This document shows, piece after piece, positions 27,396 through 36,300 of a stretch of 59,697 nt of DNA (position 1 is the first letter of the stretch; every line of letters begins with the position of its first letter). The DNA lies in IMG/VR virus record IMGVR_UViG_3300034414_000011, positions 1 through 59,697 of that record; one strand, given 5' to 3'. The translations under genes were made by a program, and so were the position numbers. The stretch is from a virus. Lineage: Duplodnaviria > Caudoviricetes. The notes beneath the pieces were generated by a model. It was given only the letters and a program-made list of their open reading frames with translations. It was not told the origin of the DNA and searched no databases.

Positions 27396-30300
27396 ATGGG
27401 TCAGTTTGATGGATTGTATGATGATATTCTGAACGGTGGAACTCGTGGCGGTGCCATCCCTGATAATGCCGCCAGGTCATTTACCGGGGAAGCCCTGGCC
27501 GGTGTCAGGGCTGGTGTAGCCGTAGAGCTTCCGAAAATGATAGGTCAGGCAATGAAAGCCATCTCCGATCCTGGGGGTGGCTTTCATGACGCAGGGAACA
27601 ATCTTGTTGAGGGGGCAGAAGAGCGATACAACGAAGATCCTGCCACCTATGCCAAGTCTGCATACGGCAACGACAAGTCAGATTACAATCCTCTTAAATA
27701 TACTTATGACGCCGCGAGCATGCTCCCCCCTTCCCTTGCTGGAGCCGCCGCCGCTATTCCGGTTGCCGCCGCTGGAGCCCCTGCCGCCGCTGTGATGGGT
27801 GCCGGTATGATTGCGTCTGGTGGACTGTTCGGCGCTTCACAGTACCAGGATACCTACGAGCGAGGTATTGAAGCAGGACTGTCAGAGGAAGATGCCAAGT
27901 CTGCCGCGTTAAAGACCGCCAGTATCGAAGGCGGCGGTGAGGCAATCGCCAGCGCAATTCCTCTAAAGTTCCTCGCAAAACCATTCACTAAAATAGCCGG
28001 AAAGATGGTGGGGCAGGCCGCAGAGCGCGGTATAGTGTCCTCCATTCTCGGAGTCAAGCCCTTTGTCAAGGAGCTAGGCAAACAAACCCTCAAGGAACTC
28101 CCTGTCGAAATGGGCACAGAGTTCTATCAAGGAGCGCACCAGGCGCAAGTTGAGAAAGACGCCGGTATTCGTCCTGACGCCGACTGGTACCAGGAAGGCT
28201 TGCAGGGTGCCATGGCCGCTTCGATGATGACCGCTGGACACATGGCCGGAGCCGGAGCCGGTGGTGCAATTAAGCACCGTATGACCATGAATGCCCTGAC
28301 CAATCCTGAAACCAATCCTGACGCACGACTCCGCGCACTGGAAGAGATTGGGCAAAGAATTGACGATGTTGACCCCGACAAAGGGAAGTTCTGGCGTCTC
28401 AACGGCGTTAACGCGATCAGAAACGGTCAGTCGATCCCGCTTGACGATTCCTTTCTTTCCGACCTGACTCAACGAGCTATCCCTGTCGAGGATGTTAACT
28501 TGCTTGAGTGGAACAGGGGGAACAACTATCCGGCTGTTGGCGGTGTTGCTGGACCGCCTGCTGGTCCTGCTGGTCCTGGAACCGGCTTTACCATGCGCGA
28601 CCCTGGTTACATTGATGCTGAATTTGACGAGGTAGGGCCGCAAGGGCAAGTACCCGGCGAACAGCGTATGGCGATTCCTTTCCTGCCGAATGAGCAAGCC
28701 GGTCTCAATGATTGGTTTGGTCAACGTCCGAATGGCCCGCAGAACCTTAACTCGGAAGATCAGTCCAAGCTCGATGATATGGTGCGAGCAAGATACGGGT
28801 TAACTCCAGGACTTGAAGCCGCCCACGATGCCGCATCTTCCCCGCTCAACGATCACGCAGATCCTACCGAATCTCAGATCCAGGCAGGGAACTACCGCAA
28901 GGGTCACGTTAACATCCAAGGTCTCGACATTTCTATTGAGAATCCGGCTGGCTCCGTTCGTTCCGGTAAGGACGCTGACGGCAAGGCATGGTCTACCGAT
29001 ATTCAGCATCACTACGGCTATATCAAGGGAACGGTCGGAAAGGACAAAGACCACATCGACACTTTTATCGGCAACAAGCCGGAAAGTGACAGGGTGTTCG
29101 TGGTAGATCAGATCGACCCGAAAACCGGCAAGTTCGATGAAGCTAAAGTCATGATTGGGTTTGACAGTATAGAAGAGGCTCTCGACGGGTATTTGAAGAA
29201 TTATGATGAATCCGGGCCGAGTAGGGTAGGTGCCGTAACCCCTGTTAATATGGCAGAGTTCAAGGGGTGGCTCAAAAATGGTAACACCAAAAAGACGTTT
29301 GCCGGGTCAGATATTGGGAAGCAGGTTCACGCTAAAGCATCAAGCAACTCCCCTTCTCAAGAGACACTTTCTGATGGTGTCCCAGGAAACGCCGAACCTT
29401 CTACCAATGGCGGCGTAGGTCCAGCCACAATCTCTTCTCAACACAATGCCTTCGTCAATGGGCCAAGTGGTAGCGCCCCATCTGTGCCCGGTAACATGCT
29501 CCCGCTGGGTAGTAATCTCAAGGTTGTCGGGGGAGTTGTTCAATCCATTCCCGTCGATGTGATGGACGACCTCTCTATTGGTAAGAGGTCTGCCAAGAAC
29601 TCTCTCCATGACAAGCCTATGCTCGAATCTCTGCCTTCTGACACCATCAACAACGGTGCTAATGAGCCTATAAGCGGTGTTGTGCCTGGGGAAAAACCTG
29701 ATGTGACCACCAGTGCTGGGCCTACCCATGACGATACCTCCAAAAAGAAAGATGAACCGAAGGTATCAGAACGTAATCAAGAAGTAAATACGGTTCAACC
29801 AACAAAGTTGAACAAGGGCGATACCAATGACGTAACCACCGAAGAGCTTACCGAGAGCGGCATCAAATACGATGTTAACTCTGCCGGAGAGATCATTGTT
29901 ATGAAGGACGGCAAGAATACCGCCCAACGTGACAAGAACACCGGGAAATGGAGAGTCTACGAAGGGAGCCTCAAGAAAGAAGATCTGGTCGTTGACGATG
30001 TTTCCATGCGCGAGGCCATGGACGAGTTGATCGGCATGCGCGAGGATGACAACCACGATAAGTCCAGAACCCTTGACGAAACTGGACGCGCCACGGATGG
30101 CAAGCCCATCATGCCAGGTGATGCCTTTACTACATCATCCGGCAGAAAAACAACAGCATACCCCAAACAGAAGGGCGAAAAATATGCGTCTCAATGGCTG
30201 ATTGACAATGCCGTGGCAGAGTCAGAGTCAAGGGGTGACGATTGGAACGCTAAAATATTTGGCAATGTGAAACCTTTAAAGAGTGGAGAACTTACCCCGG

Positions 30301-33300
30301 CTGACCGTGATTCTATGTTGATGTACCTGTTCGGTGAACAGCCTCCGGTTGTCAAGAAAGCACTGAAACCGCTTGCGCCGAAACCGGCAGAGGCTCCAAA
30401 AGAACCCGAGTTAACCCTGGAAGACGCCAAGAAGTCGAAGTATTGGCCGGAGTCTTTGAAACGTGCCAGAGAAGCCGCAGTTACTCTTGGCAAGGTCAAG
30501 GCTGTCACTATCGCCCCGGAGACCAAAGCAGACAAGATGAAGCCGAAGGGTGATGTCTGGACCCCGGAAGAGTTTACTGCCCTCATGGAAGCGAAGGCGG
30601 CTGACGCGAAGCTGAAACCGTACACCGTCATGGAGCCGCAAGGGATGTCCACCGAAGAGTATGAGATATGGGCGGAAAACCATGCTCTCGACACCGTTAA
30701 GGACCGGCTTGCCCATGAGAAGGCGAAGATCGAGAAGCAGGACACCCGCCTTGGCACCCTGGACAAGATCAACACACCAGAGCTTGCCATGGAGTTTGCA
30801 CAGAAACTCGCTGATGTGGTTGAAAGGGGCGAGTCCCTGGACAAGATCAAAGTCCTCCAGATGGTAGCAGAGCTTTACGGTACCACTGTGAAGGAGATCC
30901 GCGAGAAGCTGGAAGCGCAGGAGGCTGATTGGCGGCATGTGGAAGAGGCAATGGAGTATGCCGTGGTGAAGTATGCCAAGGCTATCGTTGCCGGTAAGGG
31001 CACAGTGGATCAGAAGTTAACACGCCTCCAGGCTCTCTATGACGCGCAACCGAACCTTGCGAAGAGGGACACCACCACCAAGGCCGGTCAACAGTTCTCA
31101 ACCCCTGCTCCGCTCGCCTTCCTCATGGGTGAAGCTATCGGTCTCACCAAGCAGGACGCGGTATATGAACCGACTGCCGGTAATGGCATGCTGGTGATGG
31201 GTGCCTCTCCGTCAAAAACCATCGTCAATGAATACGACGCGGTGCGCCGGGCAAACCTGTCGGATCAGGGTTTTAACAAGGTCTACGGCAACGACATTCT
31301 TGACCCGTCGATCCCGGCTGGAGTCTCCGACAAGTCACAGGATGTTGTTGTTGCCAACCCTCCTTTTGGCAAGGCAGATATGGAGATGGTGTTCGATGAT
31401 ATGCCTCTCGACAAAAAGGAACATATCATCGTTGCCGATGCCCTGGAGAAGATGAGGGACAATGGACGGGCCGCGTTTATTATCGGTGGGCACAACTTCA
31501 AGAAGGGCACCATGGGCGAAGCCGATTGGAACTTCCTTAATTGGCTTTACAAGCATTATAACGTGCGGCACAATATAGACATAAACGGAGACGTTTACCG
31601 CAGGATGGGAACCACCTACCCGATCCGCATGATCGTGATTGATGGCAGGAAGGCAACCCCTGACGAGAACTACTCCGTACAGGACAAGGAAGTTAACGCC
31701 GACAAGGAAGCTCTTGCCATGTCGGAAGCAAACTCTTTCGAGGATGTCAAAAAGATACTGGAGGAAAAAGGCTATGTTGACCGACGAGGGCAGGTACCTT
31801 CTGGAAATGGCAATAGCGGATTGGCAGAAGAAGCCGAAGAAGGACAGGATCAACCTAACGGAGCATCTGATAGAGTACCAGTGGGCACCGGACACGACAC
31901 TGATAAGCGAGACAGCGGCACCGGAAAAAATAGCGGACGAGATAGTGACGGCGCTTCAACCGGACGTACTGGAAAAGATAAGCGAGGTAGCGGAAAGTCT
32001 CCAGGATCTTCCAGAGAGTCAGTGGATGGAGGAAGCAAATCTCGAAGCGTTACTGAGTTAACGGGAGACATCAAGCAGGACATCAACAATGCCCTTTCCC
32101 ATGTGGATGCCGCTATCAAGGCGGCGCTCAAGGGTATTACCGATCCCAACAAATTAAGCATGGGCGTCACGATTGACGAGAAAGCCTATGCTGAGATCAA
32201 GAAGCATCTCGCCGCCACTCTCGAAGAACTCAAAAAAGCCTTCAAGGATTTCAACGAACTTATTTCCAAATTCGCAGAAACGGTAATGGAGCGGTATGGA
32301 GAGGCGATTATCCCGTATGCCACCAAGTTCTATGGTGAAGTGCATGCGGAGCATCTCGCCAACGAATCCAAGGCAAACGAGCCCACGGTAAAGGACGAGC
32401 CCATGGAAGGAGGCAATAGCCTCCAGGCACCGTACCGGCCAAGATCAAAAGGGAAAAGCTCTGACAAGCTGATCCCGCGCAACATGGAAGCGTTTATCAA
32501 GGCGGCTCTTGACGACCTTGAGGCTCGCCATGGCGACATTGACGAGTATGTGGCGTCGAAGCTCCAGTATGGTTCCAAGAAAGACCTCCACAAAGCCCTC
32601 TTTGCCGACCAGATCGACACCGTGGCAATGGCGATTGACAACATCGACCGCGGCCTTGGCTTTATCAATGGTTCACAGACTGGAGCAGGGAAAGGCCGGA
32701 CTGTCGCGGCAATCATGTGGTATGCCAAAACGAAGGGCTTGAAGTCCATCTTCTTCACTCAACAGCCAAAACTCTTCTCCGATATGTACCGCGACTTGAA
32801 GGGTATAGGGCACCCGGAGATGAAACCCTACATTATCCATGGACTGTCGGAAGCCCATATTTACGACGAAGACAACAATATTATCCACCGGGCGTTCCCT
32901 CCTGGCGTGACCTCCCGTTCGGCTGAGTATGAACGTGTTGCCAGCAATGTCGAGAAGGAGCTTGCTGACTATGATACGGTTTTTATTCCGTACTCCCAGG
33001 TTAACACGGCCAACACTCAACGCGACTTACTGAGGGCTCTGGCTCCGAACAGTATTGTTATCCTCGACGAATCCCACAAGGCCGCAGGCGACGGGTCCAA
33101 TACCGGGCTTTTCGTGCAGGAACTCTTGTCTCTTTCTCCGGGTGTAATGTACTCTTCGGCAACATTCGCCAAGCGACCATCGTCAATGCCGGTGTATTTC
33201 CGAACCAACCTGGGACAAACCGGGATGAGCATGGAAGAGCTTATTGCTTCCGTTGAGGCTGGAGGTGTACCGCTCCAGCAGATCATATCTGCACAACTCG

Positions 33301-36300
33301 CCAGGTCCGGTCAGTACATCAGGTTCGAGATGGACGTTAACCAGATCGAATCGAACACCATGACGTTCAGCGAAGACACCAAGGCAAAGGACACCATAGC
33401 GTCAGATGGCATCACCTCGGTTATGCGCGATCTGGTTGATTTTTCCAACGAGTTCTCGGGGTGGGTGGAGACGATCAAGGCGCAGGCGAACATTGGCAAG
33501 ACCAAGGGAAACCGGGTTAACGTGACCACAAGTAGCTTCAGCTCGGTAGCCCACAATACGGTTGCACAGCTCCTTCTTGGCTTAAAGGTTGAGATGGTGG
33601 CGGCAAAAGCTGTCGAGACCTTAAAGGCTGACAAGAAGGCGCTCATAAACCTGTCCAATACCATGTCGAGCTTTATTGAAGACATTGCCGCGATGGAGGG
33701 GGTAAAGAGCGGTGAAGAACTTGACATTTCCTTTGTTGATGCGCTCCGCAGAACTCTCAGGAACCAGCTTACCTACACCGTAAAACAACCCGGACAGAGA
33801 CGGGGCGAGAAAGTCAGGATCGACCCGAACGAACTCACCGATCATTTGCGGGCAAAATACAATCGCATCATGCGGAAGATAGACGTAACCGATGTTAACA
33901 TACCGGCTTCCCCTATTGACATGCTACGCTACCGCATCGAGCAGGCTGGTTATAATGTTGCCGAGATAACCGGTCGCAACAGCCGACTTGATTACAGCGG
34001 AGATGGCGCACCCGTATATCGTCCGATGTCCAAGAAGGACAAGAACCGGAACGAGATCGTCAACGGTTTCAACAAGGGCACTATAGATTGTGTGATTTTC
34101 AATGCGGCTGGAGCAACCGGCCTATCACTCCATGCCAGTCAGGATTTCGCGGACAGACGTATCCGTAAGATGCTGATAGCACAGGCAGACCTCAATATTG
34201 ACACGGTTTTGCAGGCAATGGGGCGTATCTTTAGGACCGGACAGGTAGAGAAGCCGGAATACGAGTTTACTCTTTCCGCCTTGCCCGGAGAGAAGAGACC
34301 TGCCGCAATACTCCAGAAGAAATTGGCTTCCATGAACGCCAATACCTCCGCCGATGCCAAGAGCGCATACACCAACGAAGAAGTGCCTGATATTCTCAAT
34401 ATCTACGGTGACAAGGTGGCGGCTGAGTATCTGATAGATACCCCCGATGTTAACAGCATGTTGGGTGGCCTGGTCAGTCGCAATGATGCCGGGGAAGTCC
34501 ATGTTCCAGAAGACCTCATGAGGAAGATGACAGGTAAAATGGCCCTTCTCCCGGTAGCTCTTCAAGAGAAGATATACAAGGAAATCATCGAGATATACAA
34601 CGCCGAGATTGATTATCTTAACAAGACCGGCCAGAACAGACTCATTGCTTCGGTCCACGATTACCAGGCAAAGACTCTGGACAAGTCGGTTATCTATGAC
34701 GGTGACGAGAACAGCCCGAATCCATTTACGAGACCTGCGTATCTGGAGAAGGTTCTTACGAAGGTGACGAAGAAGCCACACACCATTGAAGAAGTGAAAG
34801 AGATGGCCGAGAAGGAACTTGCCGGACGGTCTCAGCGAGAGTATATCAAGGAAACCTCCAAGGACATGATGGACCGTACCAAGGAATACCTTGATGCGCT
34901 CAACAGGGATTTGGAAGAAGCCAGAACCAACAACGGGCCAACCGCCGCGATAGAGCGGAAAATCTCTACGATCCGGGAAAACGTCTCAACCTACGAAGAG
35001 CTATGTAGCAACTTCGTTGTGGGCGACCCTTACACGGTCATAACCTCCAGCGACGGAGATTCTGTGCTCGGCGTATTCCTGGGAGTTAACTTCTCGAAAA
35101 CCGCAGAAGGCACAAACCCGATGGTCCCGTCTAAAATAGGGTTCAAGTTTGCCGTTGCCAGTGGCGAGAAGACTATCACCATGCCGATGTCCAAGCATGA
35201 GCTTCTAAGAAAGGCCGAAGACGAGCGACTGAGCAAGCTGGACGAATGGGACGAAATGCAAAAGGCTACCACGGAAGTAAGGCACATGGTAACGGGCAAC
35301 CTCCTTACCGGGTACCGCTCTTTTGTGTCGGCTGGAAAGCGCCCCGAAGTAGTGATGTATTCGTCTAATGAGGGTGGCACACGCCCAGGTATCCAGGTTC
35401 CGAAGTCGATGGAGAGAGAACTTGAGTCTCTTTTCCGGTTTACCTCTACCGGATCAAAGACGGCCCTTGAGTACCTGGCGCACATCAAGAAGGTTAACGC
35501 GAACAATGCCCACGTCTCCATGACGACCGGAGCACCGGTAACAGTCATGTGGTCAGGCAGTATGAACAAATGGCGGGTCAACGTCGAGGGATCGCCGCAG
35601 AACAACCAGGCAGTCATGGACCGCAGGCTCATTGAAGCTACAGACGCCGGGCGATTTGACCAGAGAAATGGTGACTGGTCCGCTGTTGTGAGCGAAGAGA
35701 ACCTGCCAAGGATGATGCAGGCTCTTGAGTCTGCCTTCTCTGCCAAGTTCAACGTCCCGCGTGACTTCAAAAACAAGGCCGGTGAAGGTAATGTTGACCT
35801 CTCTATCCACCAGGCGCCCGGCATTGAGACCCGGAAGATCAATCAGTCCAATCTCGCCAGGATCAAGGCCGCGATTGAGCGTATCCTTCCGCAAGGAGTT
35901 ATGCTGGAGCTGGTTGATAAGCTGGAGTACGACCTTGACCAAGTTGCAACCGGGGCAAAAGCCCACGGTCTCGACCTTGAAAAACTGAGGAAGAAGGGCA
36001 AGCTCAAGGTTGTAGCGAAAGGATCGCACAGAACGGTAAAACTCACAACCGGGGAGTTAACTTCGCTCATCAAGCTGTCGATGTCGAAGGCAACAGAAGC
36101 CACCGGCTACCATGAGATCCTGCATGCCGCCGAAGCTCTTGGAGTCATCAACGCCGAAGACTTGAAGATCCTTGAGCGGGCTTTCCCGGAGAAGAACGGC
36201 AAAAGCTCCAAGGAGATGAGAGCCGATGCCTTCGGTGATTTCGTAACAGGCAACATGAAACAGGGGACTCCATCGGCGGCGAGACTCATTTTCCAGAAAA

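Noticed and set aside
29300-29800. HNH insert as a group I intron or intein
   Set aside because: The endonuclease is on the opposite strand; no intein terminal motifs or intron core seen; the host frame stays open
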